From assembly GCA_963702865.1 (NCBI GenBank), contig OY969764.1, forward strand, positions 3,440,874 to 3,504,873: a stretch of DNA of 64,000 nucleotides, given 5' to 3'. The translations under genes and the position numbers were made by a program. Origin of the DNA: an uncultured bacterium (GTDB lineage: Bacteria; Verrucomicrobiota; Verrucomicrobiia; Chthoniobacterales; SZAS-18). Below, piece after piece: positions 46,599 through 56,821 of the stretch. Numbering within the stretch: position 1 is the first letter of the stretch; each line of letters opens with the position of its first letter. Below the pieces are notes generated by a model. That model was not told where the DNA came from. It saw only the letters and a program-made list of their open reading frames with translations, and ran no database searches.

Positions 46599-48161
46599 AT
46601 GGCAGCCAGAATTGAGCATCGGGTCGTGTCCGGCGGCACGGCGAATTTCGCCAGCATCGTCTCGATCTTTTTGCAGAACGTCGCGCTCGTACCGGTGCTG
46701 CTGCACCGTTGGTCGCCGCAGATCTTTGGCGTTTGGGTGACCATCATCGCCACCCAAAATCTGTTGGCCGCGATGAGCTTCGGCAATGACAATTACCTGG
46801 GCAACGAAGCCTCCCGCCTCTTGCACGAGGACCGGGCCAAGCTCGGACGGCTGCTGGGCACCGGGGCGTGTCTCTCGCTCGGCCTGGGCGTGATGCAGGT
46901 GTCGTTGGTACTTGGGATCGCCTGGTGGACGCGGTCCATGGGCACTTTCGGGCTGCCGGATAAGATTGACGGCGTCAATGCACTGTACCCCGTGCTCCTG
47001 GTGGTCGGTTCCTGGTTTGGCTTTGGCTCGGTGTCCAATCTGCTCGTGCGCATGTGTTATGCCTTGGGCTATTACTCTCTGTTTACCTGGCTAATGGTGA
47101 TTTACCGGGCGGTGCTCTCCGTGGCGTTAGGGGTGGGCGCTGTCCTCGGGTTGAATCTCTTCGGTGCCTCGGTCTGTTATGCGGTTGTCACGGCGGGCAG
47201 CCTATTGATTATCTTCATCTGGTCCCTGCATACCATGCGCCGGCACGCGGTGACGATCGACCGGCCGGATTTCCGCTGGGGGGTCAAGCTGTTTTGCAAG
47301 AGCTCCGCCATTGGCGCGACCGCCGTGCTCGACTCGCTGAGCAATAGCGGGCTGATCACCATTATTTCACGGTCGATGTCAGCGGCTTCCGTCTCCTTGT
47401 TTTCATCCACCCGCACCATCGCCAACACCGCCATGCAAGGCGTCGGCATGATCCTCTATCCGCTCAATCCGGACATCATCCGCTTCCAAGCCCGCCGGGA
47501 GTTCGGCAAACTGGATGAAGTCTTCCGAGTCTGCTGGCTGGTCGCCGGCTCCGCGGTCAATTTCGGCATGTGCTTCGTGCCGCTCGTGCTCAACCCGCTG
47601 TACCGCACCTGGACCCGGGGCAAGCTCCACCTCGATTTTCCGCTGTTTGCCGCGCTCGCGGCCGCCGTCGCGTTCCGGGCCTTCGCCGCGCCCTGGATGG
47701 GTTACCTCGCCTGCCTGAACTCGGTCCGCATCCAGACGTCGGTCAGCGTGCTGCGCGGCGTCGTGGTGGTGGGCTTGAGCATTGTGCTGCTCAAAACTTG
47801 GGGGCTGTTCGGTGTGGGTTTCGCTTGGGCGGTGGCGGAGTTCGTCGGCCCGGTTTTGCTGGCGGGCTATTGTGCCTCCGGTTTGCTCAAACGCGCGCGG
47901 GGCGGGAGTTCGGCACCGATGGTAATTTTGCCCGCCATCTCGCTTGGCAGCGTCGTGATTGTGTATCTGGTGATCGCACTGATCCCGAAAATGACGCCTT
48001 TGCTTTGCCCGCTCGGCATGTTGCTGGTGGCGTGGCTCGGTTGGCTGCAATGGCTGCAATTGACGGACGAAACCAAGCGGCGCCTGACCGGATTGATTGC
48101 GAGCGTCACGTCACGCTTGCGGACGGGGCGAACCGCCAAAAGCGTGCTCCCAAGCACCTGA
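46599..48161 (+). CDS. Polysaccharide biosynthesis protein, MOP-superfamily flippase (Wzx-like)
   Basis: 520 aa, ~12-14 hydrophobic helices; first gene of a same-strand polysaccharide operon. Confidence 0.65.
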   Translation: MAARIEHRVVSGGTANFASIVSIFLQNVALVPVLLHRWSPQIFGVWVTIIATQNLLAAMSFGNDNYLGNEASRLLHEDRAKLGRLLGTGACLSLGLGVMQVSLVLGIAWWTRSMGTFGLPDKIDGVNALYPVLLVVGSWFGFGSVSNLLVRMCYALGYYSLFTWLMVIYRAVLSVALGVGAVLGLNLFGASVCYAVVTAGSLLIIFIWSLHTMRRHAVTIDRPDFRWGVKLFCKSSAIGATAVLDSLSNSGLITIISRSMSAASVSLFSSTRTIANTAMQGVGMILYPLNPDIIRFQARREFGKLDEVFRVCWLVAGSAVNFGMCFVPLVLNPLYRTWTRGKLHLDFPLFAALAAAVAFRAFAAPWMGYLACLNSVRIQTSVSVLRGVVVVGLSIVLLKTWGLFGVGFAWAVAEFVGPVLLAGYCASGLLKRARGGSSAPMVILPAISLGSVVIVYLVIALIPKMTPLLCPLGMLLVAWLGWLQWLQLTDETKRRLTGLIASVTSRLRTGRTAKSVLPST

Positions 48162-48207
48162 GCAAGGACGTGGCGGAGGGTTGACAGGGTTTTCTCACAT
48201 TGGCTCA

Positions 48208-49335
48208 ATGATCCATCTTTGGTCCCACGACATCGGCGACCGTCCGGGCGGCATTCAGTCGTATACCGCCGCCGTCCTGGAGGCACTGCGCGGCCTCGTA
48301 TCGCCCGTCGGGATTCGCGTGAGCTTGCAACGGGAACGGCAACCGGTCCATCCGTGCCTCGCCGGCCTGAAGGTCAGATGTTATGGGAATGTTCCGGCCC
48401 GGATCCGTACGCCACTGTTCGCCTTGAGCTCCGCCGCTTGGGCGATCCGGGATCGGCCGAGACTCATCTTTAGCTGTCACCCGAACTTCGCGCGCGTAGG
48501 CGTGGCCGCCAGGGCTTGGGCCGGCGCGCCCTTCTGGACCGCCGCGCACGGCATCGATGTCTGGGAAGATTGTCCGCCCGCCGTGGTCCGGGCGCTGCAA
48601 CGTTGCGACCGCATTCTGGCGGTCAGCGAGTTCACCAAGCGCAAGATGATCGAGGGCCACGGCGTGCCGGCGACCAAAATTTCCGTCCTGCCCAATACCT
48701 ATGATGCTCAGCGCTTTAGTCTGGGTGAAATCGACCCATCCGTGCGGGCGGAGTTTGGCCTGCCGCCGGCTGCCAGGCTGCTGTTATCGGTCGGACGCCT
48801 GGCTGAACCCAAGCGCCTGAAGGGTTTTGACAAGGTCATCGAGGCGATGCCGGCGATTCTGCGCGAGGTGCCCGAAGCCGTGTATCTGCTAGCGGGCACC
48901 GGCCCGGATCGGTCGCGTTTGGAAGAAATTGCCGTGGCCTGCGGCGTGCGCCAGCAGATCGTTTTCGCCGGGTTTGTACCCGATTCGCGTTTGGCGGCGC
49001 TTTACCGGAGTTGCGACGCCATGGTCATGCCGAGCAAGAAAGAAGGCTTTGGCATCGTGTTCCTGGAGGCGTTGGCGTGCGGACTGCCCGTGATCGCCGG
49101 CAATGTCGACGCCTCGGGAGAACCTTTGCTCAACGGCGAATTGGGCGTTCTGATCGATCCCGATAACGTCGCGGAAATAGCCCACGCCTGCAGCCAACTC
49201 CTGCTCCGCGCGCACCCGAACGAGCATCTAACCGATCCCGCATATCTGTCCGCCAAGGTGGCGGAGCGTTACGGCCCGGCGGCGTTTCAAAAGCAGCTTG
49301 GCCAACTGCTGGAAACCTATGCCCCGGCGGGCTGA
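48208..49335 (+). CDS. Glycosyltransferase family 4 (GT-B)
   Basis: C-terminal GT1 domain with EGFGIVFLEALACGLPVIAGN...; start at internal ATG 48208 (MIHLWSHDIGDRPGGIQSY). Confidence 0.8.
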   Translation: MIHLWSHDIGDRPGGIQSYTAAVLEALRGLVSPVGIRVSLQRERQPVHPCLAGLKVRCYGNVPARIRTPLFALSSAAWAIRDRPRLIFSCHPNFARVGVAARAWAGAPFWTAAHGIDVWEDCPPAVVRALQRCDRILAVSEFTKRKMIEGHGVPATKISVLPNTYDAQRFSLGEIDPSVRAEFGLPPAARLLLSVGRLAEPKRLKGFDKVIEAMPAILREVPEAVYLLAGTGPDRSRLEEIAVACGVRQQIVFAGFVPDSRLAALYRSCDAMVMPSKKEGFGIVFLEALACGLPVIAGNVDASGEPLLNGELGVLIDPDNVAEIAHACSQLLLRAHPNEHLTDPAYLSAKVAERYGPAAFQKQLGQLLETYAPAG

Positions 49336-49340
49336 CCGGC

Positions 49341-50519
49341 ATGCGCATCCTAAGTATTCTCATCGACGCCCGTAAGCAATGGGGCGGTCCCGTGCAGTCC
49401 GTCTCAGAGGTCGTGCGCATGCAGCACGCGGCGAAGCTCGCGCCGTGTGTCGTCAGCCTGAAGCGACCGGGCGAACTCGGGGCGTTCGAGCCGCCCGGCA
49501 CGCTGCTCCTCTTCGAACCGAGCGCGCCGGCGCGCTTCGGCAATTCCGCCGCGCTGATCCGTTGGCTGGAAGAGAACGCGCGCCAATTCGATCTGGTCGT
49601 CGTTAACGAAATCTGGAGCGTCATGATCCAACGCGCGATGCGCACACTGCGCCGGTTGCAGGTGCCTTTCATCGTCCAACCCCGGGGTTCCCTGGACCCG
49701 AGCGACTTGCAAAAAAAGTGGCTGCTCAAGGAGATCCTGGGCCGGCTGATCGTGGGGCCGAATCTCGCCGGAGCCGCTTGCGTGCTGGCCGCCTCGAAGC
49801 CCGAAGGCGAGCGGCTCAATACCTTCGGCGCCCGCGTCCCGATTGAAGTGCTCCCTCACCCCATTGCGCCCAAAGTCCACGGCGACCGCCAGGCTTTCCG
49901 CGACCGGCTGGGCTTCGCCCCGGACGATTTCGTGCTCCTGTTCCTTTCCCGGCTGGATCCCAAAAAGCGGGTGGAGCTGCTGCTCGCTGCCTTTGAGCAG
50001 GTCGCGGCGCAACTGCCGCAGGCGCGGCTGGTCGTCGCGGGCGGCGGGCAACCGGGCTACGTCGAGGGGATCAAGCGACGGATGGCGCAGTCCCCGTTCG
50101 CCGCCCGGATGCACTTTGCCGGCTTCATCGGCGGGGCCGAAAAACAGGACGCGCTGGCCGGTGCGGACCTCTTCGTTTTACCTTCGAATTTCGAAAACTT
50201 CGGCGTGGCGGTTGTCGAAGCCTTGCAGGCGGAGCTGCCAGTCGTCGTGAGCAAGGGCGTCCAGATTTGGCAGGAAGTGGCGGCGGCCGGCGCGGGCGCG
50301 GTTTTCGAGGGCGGCGCCGCGCCATTGGCGGAATTGCTGGTTGAGATCGGCCAGTCTCCGCCAAGGCGGCGCGAAATGCAGACCAACGCGGCTGCCCTCG
50401 GCCAAAGATATACACCCGCGAAATTGACGGACAGGTACCTCTCGCTCTGGCATAAGTATGCCCGCCAGCCAAGGCAATCCGGAGACGCCACGCACCCTCG
50501 CCCGACCGACGCACCATGA
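49341..50519 (+). CDS. Glycosyltransferase family 4 (GT-B)
   Basis: ENFGVAVVEALQAELPVVVSKG...; 392 aa. Confidence 0.8.
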   Translation: MRILSILIDARKQWGGPVQSVSEVVRMQHAAKLAPCVVSLKRPGELGAFEPPGTLLLFEPSAPARFGNSAALIRWLEENARQFDLVVVNEIWSVMIQRAMRTLRRLQVPFIVQPRGSLDPSDLQKKWLLKEILGRLIVGPNLAGAACVLAASKPEGERLNTFGARVPIEVLPHPIAPKVHGDRQAFRDRLGFAPDDFVLLFLSRLDPKKRVELLLAAFEQVAAQLPQARLVVAGGGQPGYVEGIKRRMAQSPFAARMHFAGFIGGAEKQDALAGADLFVLPSNFENFGVAVVEALQAELPVVVSKGVQIWQEVAAAGAGAVFEGGAAPLAELLVEIGQSPPRRREMQTNAAALGQRYTPAKLTDRYLSLWHKYARQPRQSGDATHPRPTDAP

Positions 50520-51577
50520 CCGCCGTACCTGCTCCCGCGCCACAGCGGGAAAACGTTTTCGATCTCCTGCGCGGCATCGCCATCATCGGCGTGGTTTACA
50601 TTCACAGCGCCAAGCTTTTGTCGCCCGCTTATCCTCTGGTCCTGGACACGAACTATTTCCGCTGGGCGGTACCGGTCTTCCTGCTCCTGAGTGCCCTCTT
50701 CTCGATCCGGTCGTACCGGAAACGGCCGGTTGAAACGGCTGATTTTCTGGCTCGCCGCTACCGGAAGCTGATCTGGCCGTTCCTGGTGGTCAGCTTGCTC
50801 CAGCTGGTCTTGACCGCCGACTGGAAAACCCTCACCCCGGTCAAGATCATCACCAGGCATTTCACCGGAGCTGGCTGGCCGGGTCAGTACTTTTTCATCG
50901 TCCTATTTCAACTGCTGCTCTTCTACCCGTGGTTTGCCAAGATCCGTTGGACCCGGCGTGGAATGGTGGCTTGCGGCGCGCTGACACTGCTTAGCTTCCC
51001 TGTTGCCGGTGTTCTGATGAACCGGATATCGCTCCTGGAAAAACTGGGCGACAAGATTTTCATCTATTGGTTGCCGTATACCATTCTGGGCGCTTACCTG
51101 GCGCAGGAAGACGATCTGCTCCGGCAACTGCCGCAGCGTTTCAACCGCTGGCTAGCGGGAGCCATCGCGCTTTTTGCCCCCTGCCTGATCGTCCTGGAAT
51201 TTCACTTCAACCCCTTGCACCTCACGCTGCCGGTCGATGGGGGAAGTGGACTCTACGTTTCTCCGTACGTCCTCGATTCCGTCTTCCTTTCTTCGGTTGG
51301 TGTCTTTTTGTTTTCCCCCAGCGTTCTCTCTGCCTGGCGGGGAATGGGCTCCGCCACTGTCAGTGCACTGGGACGCTATTCGCTCGGGATCTTTTGCTTG
51401 CATCCTCTTTTGCTCTGGGGCGTGAAGCTCTACACCACTACTCACCCCTGGTTGGCCACCCTGCCTTATACGCTTCAGGCGCTCTCGCCGCTGCTGAGCG
51501 TCGCCGTGTTGTGTTTTGCGTCGCTGGGCCTCACGAAGATAATCGAGCACGGCCTGGGGCGCGATGTGCTGTCTTGA
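50516..51577 (+). CDS. Membrane acyltransferase family 3 (polysaccharide O-acyltransferase)
   Basis: FDLLRGIAIIGVVYIHS..., ~10 TM helices; ATGA overlap with the upstream glycosyltransferase. Confidence 0.75.
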   Translation: MTAVPAPAPQRENVFDLLRGIAIIGVVYIHSAKLLSPAYPLVLDTNYFRWAVPVFLLLSALFSIRSYRKRPVETADFLARRYRKLIWPFLVVSLLQLVLTADWKTLTPVKIITRHFTGAGWPGQYFFIVLFQLLLFYPWFAKIRWTRRGMVACGALTLLSFPVAGVLMNRISLLEKLGDKIFIYWLPYTILGAYLAQEDDLLRQLPQRFNRWLAGAIALFAPCLIVLEFHFNPLHLTLPVDGGSGLYVSPYVLDSVFLSSVGVFLFSPSVLSAWRGMGSATVSALGRYSLGIFCLHPLLLWGVKLYTTTHPWLATLPYTLQALSPLLSVAVLCFASLGLTKIIEHGLGRDVLS

Positions 51578-51761
51578 AGACGTTTCCAAGGGCAAAAAGG
51601 GTGTTTTACAAAATCGGATTGCCCACGCCTGGCCCTTTCTGGCAAAGTGGCCCATGCCAAGGTTCTTTGGGCGCGGCGACGGGGGCGGGCACGCCAAGTC
51701 CCGCCGGCTGGAGGATCACCTCGCCGGGGAGCCCCGCGCGCAAGTTTAGGCATCAAATCTC

Positions 51762-53084
51762 ATGAACACTATCGACTACCGCGCGCCAATGCTCGAGCGG
51801 CCGCTACGGCCGGTGCGGAAAGCACCGAATCGCAAGGTTCGGAATTCCCGGATCATCATTTTCCTGCTCGAGGCGTTCATCCTGGTGACGCTTTTGTATT
51901 ACATGTGGATTTCCTCCTATCTGGAATGGCCTCCCATCACCGGCATGCTTTGGATTCCGTTGCTCCTCGGCGGCTTGATCATGGAAAGACGGCGCCTGCA
52001 TTATCCGCGCGCCCCGCTCTACCTCGCTTCACTGGCGATGTGCCTGGTGCCGATCATCAAGAACACGCTGGTCCGGGATTGGCCCGGGGTGGCCGAATCC
52101 GGCATGATCATGGCGGGGTTTGCGGCCGCGCCCTTTTGCGGGCTCTACTTTCGCTCGAACAAAATGGCACTCATGGTCATGATGATATTTGTACTGCCGC
52201 TTTGCGTGGCGGGCTATTTGATGGGTGTCACCGAGTCGACTTCAATCCTGGGCGGTTTTGCCTTGGCTCGCGGCGCGCTGCATCCGCCTGACGGCACCCA
52301 TCATTTTCTGGGTGGATTTGCCGGCATCATGGTTTGCCTGACCTGGCGCAGAATGAACTGGAAATATGTCGCGTTCTTTACCTTCCTCATGATCCTTTCG
52401 GGTGCCCGGACCTACTGGTTCGCCGTGGCGCTGTCCGTGGCGATCGGTGAGTTCATGCAACTTCCCGGGTTACGACCCAGATACCTGCTTTTCGGGACCG
52501 TTTTCGGGTTGATCGTGTCGACGGCGGTGTTGATCGAACCTTGGGTGGGCGAAACGGTCGGCAAGGCGGAGTGGACCCGCTACTTCTCGCTGGGTGGCGG
52601 CGAGGAGGTCGCCAAAGCGGGCGTGTTTACTGGCCGAAGCGATCTTTGGACGTATTACCTGACGCTGTACCATGAACGGCGCCGCACGGGCTGGCCGACG
52701 GAATACATTCGTCCGCAGAAAGTCTGGAACGGCAATGCTCTCGTCAGCGAAGGCGCCGACGGCGAAATTCTGCATGCGGGTACGGAGAGCCAGTTCGACT
52801 ACTACCTGGCCCGGGACGGCATTTGGGGTTTCGCCGCGATTGCGATGTACGCGTGCCTGGCCGCCTACTTCCAGAAAGGGGGGATGGTAAATTCGGTAAT
52901 TTTGGTCATCTTTGTGACCGCCGCAGGCTTCGGCAATCCGATCAGCCGCGTGACTTACGCCCCGGTCTTCATCATGTTCGCGGCGGCTCTCTGGGCCGCG
53001 TCTTCGACGCCGAGGTATAGACCTAACGAACTGGATCTGGATGATCCGTCGCCGTCGCCATCGACGAACGCGCTGCCCGCCTGA
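51762..53084 (+). CDS. O-antigen ligase/Wzy-like polymerase family membrane protein
   Basis: Polytopic; SGARTYWFAVAL...GRSDLWTYYLTLYHE resembles the Wzy_C/O-antigen-ligase loop motif. Confidence 0.55.
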   Translation: MNTIDYRAPMLERPLRPVRKAPNRKVRNSRIIIFLLEAFILVTLLYYMWISSYLEWPPITGMLWIPLLLGGLIMERRRLHYPRAPLYLASLAMCLVPIIKNTLVRDWPGVAESGMIMAGFAAAPFCGLYFRSNKMALMVMMIFVLPLCVAGYLMGVTESTSILGGFALARGALHPPDGTHHFLGGFAGIMVCLTWRRMNWKYVAFFTFLMILSGARTYWFAVALSVAIGEFMQLPGLRPRYLLFGTVFGLIVSTAVLIEPWVGETVGKAEWTRYFSLGGGEEVAKAGVFTGRSDLWTYYLTLYHERRRTGWPTEYIRPQKVWNGNALVSEGADGEILHAGTESQFDYYLARDGIWGFAAIAMYACLAAYFQKGGMVNSVILVIFVTAAGFGNPISRVTYAPVFIMFAAALWAASSTPRYRPNELDLDDPSPSPSTNALPA

Positions 53085-53394
53085 AATTCTCAGATCGCGT
53101 CCCGTCCGCCTGCCAGTTGGAGCCTCTGGTTTCAGGCATATCGCCGATGCGAGCCGGGGATTTATTTCGATAGGACTGTGAGGGATCGGGCTGCCATGGT
53201 GAGCATTTTTCACCAACGCGGGGGCATCTCGCGGGCAAACCTCCGGGTCCAGGCTTCTTTTCTGCCTGATCGATACCTCTAGCTGGCTTGAGGTAGACGG
53301 CTGGATCAATAACTGCTAGAGGAATTGGCCATCATGACCTTGCTCGCGAGCCCGGCGGAAGCGAGGACGGCCCAATGATGATTTTCAGTATTCA

Positions 53395-54708
53395 ATGATC
53401 GCCGCCGCTGCCGAAAGTAGGGTGTCTCCTGTCGCCGAGACGCCCATCACCCGCCTGGTTCTGGTCTGCCAACTCTTCTACCCGGAGTTGGTTAGCACCG
53501 GGCAGACGCTGACGGAGTTGGGGGAAGAATTGGTGCGCCGCGGCATCGAGCTCAAGGTGGTCGCGGCCCAGCCCACCGTGGTCCGGCGCGACCAGCACAT
53601 CGCGGCCAACATCGTGCATGAGGGGATTTCCATCTTTCGGGCCTGGTCGACGCGCCTGCCGAAGACCAATTTTCTGGGCAAGCTCATCAATCAGGTCACG
53701 TTTTTTGTCACGTCGACGCTGCACGTTCTGCGGCATGAGCCCGATGTCCAACTGCTCATCCTGACCAACCCGCCCTACCTTCCCCTGCTGGGTTGGCTTT
53801 GCCACTTGGTGCGGCGCCAACCCTTCGGGCTCATTCTCTTCGACATCATGCCGGAGCAGGCGGAACTGCTGAATTTTGTCCGGACCGGCGGCTGGATCGC
53901 GCGTTCCTGGCGCCGGCTCAATCGCCTCTTTTACCTGCGTTGTTCCTACGCGGTTGTCCTCAGCCAGGACATGCTCGTGGGCGCGCTGCAGAATGCCGAC
54001 GTCGCCGGCACTCCGGAAGAAGCGGAATGCCGCGCCCGCACCCACATCATCCACGTCTGGTCGGATGACCGGATGATCGAGCCGAAGCCAAAAGCAAGTT
54101 CCAGCGAAGCGATCCGGCTGGGGGTGGTGGACCGTTTTGTCGTCCAATACTCCGGCAATCACGGCCGCTTTCACGACATTGAGTCGCTGCTGGAAATAGC
54201 ACGCCTGCTGCGCGCTGAAAGCGGCATCGTCTTCCAATTCATCGGCGAAGGTCAAAAGAAGAGCCTGGTGTCGCGTTACCGGCAGCAGCACCATTTGGAG
54301 AACATTTTCGAGGCCTCCTACTGCGACAAGGAACTGCTGGGCGAGTCTCTGGCCATGTGCGATCTGGGCGTCGTCGCGCAGATGCCGGGACAGGAGCGGG
54401 TCTGCTATCCGTCAAAGCTCTTGGGCATCCTGGCGGCCGGCCGGCCAGCGCTTGCGATCTGCACGCCGACGTGCGAAATGGCGCGCATGCTCGTCGAGCA
54501 GGGATTGGGATTCGTGGTCGCCAACGGCCAGCCGGAACGCGGCGCCGAAGTGATCCTGCAAGCGGCGCGGGACGCGAGCGAGCTTGCCGCCATGGGCCGC
54601 AACGCGCGCCGCTACCTGGACGAGCATTTTACCCTGCGTAGCGCGGCCCAGCGTTATTTTGATCTGATCACCAAAACTACTCAAACAACAGCAAAACCGA
54701 CAACCTAA
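53395..54708 (+). CDS. Glycosyltransferase family 4-like (WcaI-like GT-B)
   Basis: VVQYSGNHGRFHDIESLLEIARLL...MCDLGVVAQMPGQERVCYPSKLLGILAAGRPAL... Confidence 0.7.
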   Translation: MIAAAAESRVSPVAETPITRLVLVCQLFYPELVSTGQTLTELGEELVRRGIELKVVAAQPTVVRRDQHIAANIVHEGISIFRAWSTRLPKTNFLGKLINQVTFFVTSTLHVLRHEPDVQLLILTNPPYLPLLGWLCHLVRRQPFGLILFDIMPEQAELLNFVRTGGWIARSWRRLNRLFYLRCSYAVVLSQDMLVGALQNADVAGTPEEAECRARTHIIHVWSDDRMIEPKPKASSSEAIRLGVVDRFVVQYSGNHGRFHDIESLLEIARLLRAESGIVFQFIGEGQKKSLVSRYRQQHHLENIFEASYCDKELLGESLAMCDLGVVAQMPGQERVCYPSKLLGILAAGRPALAICTPTCEMARMLVEQGLGFVVANGQPERGAEVILQAARDASELAAMGRNARRYLDEHFTLRSAAQRYFDLITKTTQTTAKPTT

Positions 54709-55679
54709 TGAACAACCAGAAAATCGTAGTGTGCGGTGGCGGCGGCTTTATCGGCGGCCATCTCATCGCGGACTTGCACCGCCGGGGCTACACCAATTTA
54801 CGGAGCGTTGACGTCAAGCCGATGAGTCAATGGTACCAGGTCAACGACGCGGTCGATAATCTGGTCTTGAACCTGAAGGACCTGCCGAGCTGCCGGACCG
54901 CGCTGCAAGGCGCGCGCGTGGTCTATAATCTCGCCGCGGATATGGGCGGGATGGGCTTTATCGAGAACAATAAAGCCTTGTGCATGCTGAGCGTGCTCAT
55001 CAACACCCATTTACTCATGGCGGCGCAGGAAGCGGGCGTCGAGCGCTTTTTCTTCGCGTCTTCGGCCTGCGTTTACAATGCCGACAAGCAACGCGATCCG
55101 AATGTCACCGCGCTCAAGGAAGAGGACGCTTATCCGGCCATGCCTGAAGATGGCTACGGTTGGGAAAAGCTCTTCAGCGAGCGCATGTGCCGGCATTTCC
55201 GCGAGGATTTCGGCCTGCTAACCCGCAGCGCTCGTTACCACAATGTTTACGGGCCGCTCGGCACCTACAAGGGCGGGCGGGAGAAAGCCCCGGCCGCGGT
55301 TTGCCGCAAGATCATCGAAGCCAAGCTCAGCGGCCGGCACGAGATCGAGATCTGGGGCGACGGCCATCAGACGCGCAGCTTCATGTATATCGACGACTGC
55401 CTGAAGGGCACGGTGGATATCCTGGCCAGCGATATCGTGGAGGTGCTCAACCTGGGCAGCAGCGAATTGGTTTCCATCAACCAGTTGGTGGATATCGTCG
55501 AAGATATTGCCGGGATCAAAGTGAAACGCTCATATAACTTGAAGGCGCCCAAAGGGGTGAATGGCCGCAATAGCGATAACACGCGCATCCAGGAGTTGTT
55601 AGGTTGGGAACCGGGCGTGAAGCTCCATGACGGCATGACCAAGACGTACGCCTGGATTTACGACCAAATGGCCAAATAG
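54708..55679 (+). CDS. NAD-dependent sugar-nucleotide epimerase closely resembling GDP-mannose 3,5-epimerase
   Basis: VVCGGGGFIGGHL, NLAADMGGMGFI, FFFASSACVYN, DGYGWEKL, YGPLGTYKGGREKAPAAVCRKI, IWGDGHQTRSF, NGRNSDN are shared block-for-block with plant/bacterial GDP-mannose 3,5-epimerases as I recall them. Its start shares a nucleotide with the upstream stop. Confidence 0.8.
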   Translation: MNNQKIVVCGGGGFIGGHLIADLHRRGYTNLRSVDVKPMSQWYQVNDAVDNLVLNLKDLPSCRTALQGARVVYNLAADMGGMGFIENNKALCMLSVLINTHLLMAAQEAGVERFFFASSACVYNADKQRDPNVTALKEEDAYPAMPEDGYGWEKLFSERMCRHFREDFGLLTRSARYHNVYGPLGTYKGGREKAPAAVCRKIIEAKLSGRHEIEIWGDGHQTRSFMYIDDCLKGTVDILASDIVEVLNLGSSELVSINQLVDIVEDIAGIKVKRSYNLKAPKGVNGRNSDNTRIQELLGWEPGVKLHDGMTKTYAWIYDQMAK

Positions 55680-55747
55680 GCGGGCTACGACTCCAATCGG
55701 TAAACGCCTCGCCAGCGGCGGCCAAAGCAAGGTAGGGACGGCTCTCA

Positions 55748-55779
55748 GGACGGCTCTCCGAGCCGTCCCATTTTGTTTG
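55748..55779 (+). terminator. Rho-independent terminator candidate closing the plus-strand polysaccharide operon
   Basis: GGACGGCTC-tcc-GAGCCGTCC hairpin followed by ATTTTGTTT; an extra upstream direct copy of GGGACGGCTCTC allows an alternative longer stem. Confidence 0.5.
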
Positions 55780-55911
55780 GAAAAGTTGCTAGTTAACAGA
55801 CGCCTACGGAAACACTTGGACAGTTCGGATAGCCGTTTGTCGCTCTCGGCCCCTCGACCGGTCGCCGGGCCTCTAGTCCGCCTTGGGTTACTACCGGCAC
55901 CTCCGCTGCCT

Positions 55912-56802
55912 TCAGAACGGCCGGGCAGACTTCTTGCCGCGCAGAAAAGCCTGGCTGCGCGAGAACAAATACCAGAGCTGCAATAACAACCGGTATTCCC
56001 AACGCACCAGGGTTGAGCGGCGGGGATTAAAGTGCTTGTCGTAGAACTGTTCGGTCGCGGTAAAGACCTGCTTGGATAAAACCAGGTGGTTCTGGGACGA
56101 GCTGCGGCCTTTGTAATGCGTGATGGTATACCGCCCATCGTAGACAACCGCGTAACCCGCCTGCTGGCAGCGATAACAAAAATCCAGATCTTCCCCGTAC
56201 ATAAAAAAGCGCTCGTCCAGCGCGCCGATCCGGTCGAGCACCTCGCGCCGGATCATCATAAAGGCACCGTTGACCGCTCCCACCTCGTAAGTCCCATTCT
56301 CCGGCAGGTAGGTGAGATTATACCCGGCGAACCAGCGGGAATTCTGAAACAATCGGGCGAGTCCCGAGGCGCGCGTGAAACCATCCCAGACGCCCGGGAT
56401 GGAGCGACGGCAGGCGAGATCCAGCGCCCCATCGCCCGTCGCCAGGCGCGGTGAGATAATGCCGATGCGCGGCTCCGCTTTGAGACGATCCAGACAGTTC
56501 TCGAGCGCCGCCAAGTTCACCACGGTATCCGGGTTCAAATAAAGGATGGTTTCCCCCGTCGCCTCGGCCAAAGCGCGGTTGTTGGCCTTGCTATAGCCAC
56601 AGTTCTCCTGCAAGGGCATGAGTTTGACGGCCGGATACGCCCGCGCAATGAACTCGACAGTTTGATCCTTCGAATGATTATCCGCGACGATAACCTCGAC
56701 CGGTCGCCCGTGAATGACTGGCGGGATGGAATCCAGGCAAGCCCCAATCTCGTGCCAGGATTCGTACGTGACGATCAGGATAGACAGGATAGGGACTTCC
56801 AT
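55912..56802 (-). CDS. Glycosyltransferase family 2
   Basis: MEVPILSILIVTYESWHEIGACLDSI...VIVADNHSKDQT...NCGYSKANNRAL...LNPDTVV (GT-A DxD-type). Confidence 0.8.
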   Translation of the reverse strand: MEVPILSILIVTYESWHEIGACLDSIPPVIHGRPVEVIVADNHSKDQTVEFIARAYPAVKLMPLQENCGYSKANNRALAEATGETILYLNPDTVVNLAALENCLDRLKAEPRIGIISPRLATGDGALDLACRRSIPGVWDGFTRASGLARLFQNSRWFAGYNLTYLPENGTYEVGAVNGAFMMIRREVLDRIGALDERFFMYGEDLDFCYRCQQAGYAVVYDGRYTITHYKGRSSSQNHLVLSKQVFTATEQFYDKHFNPRRSTLVRWEYRLLLQLWYLFSRSQAFLRGKKSARPF

Positions 56803-56821
56803 GATGGACGGATCAACTCCC

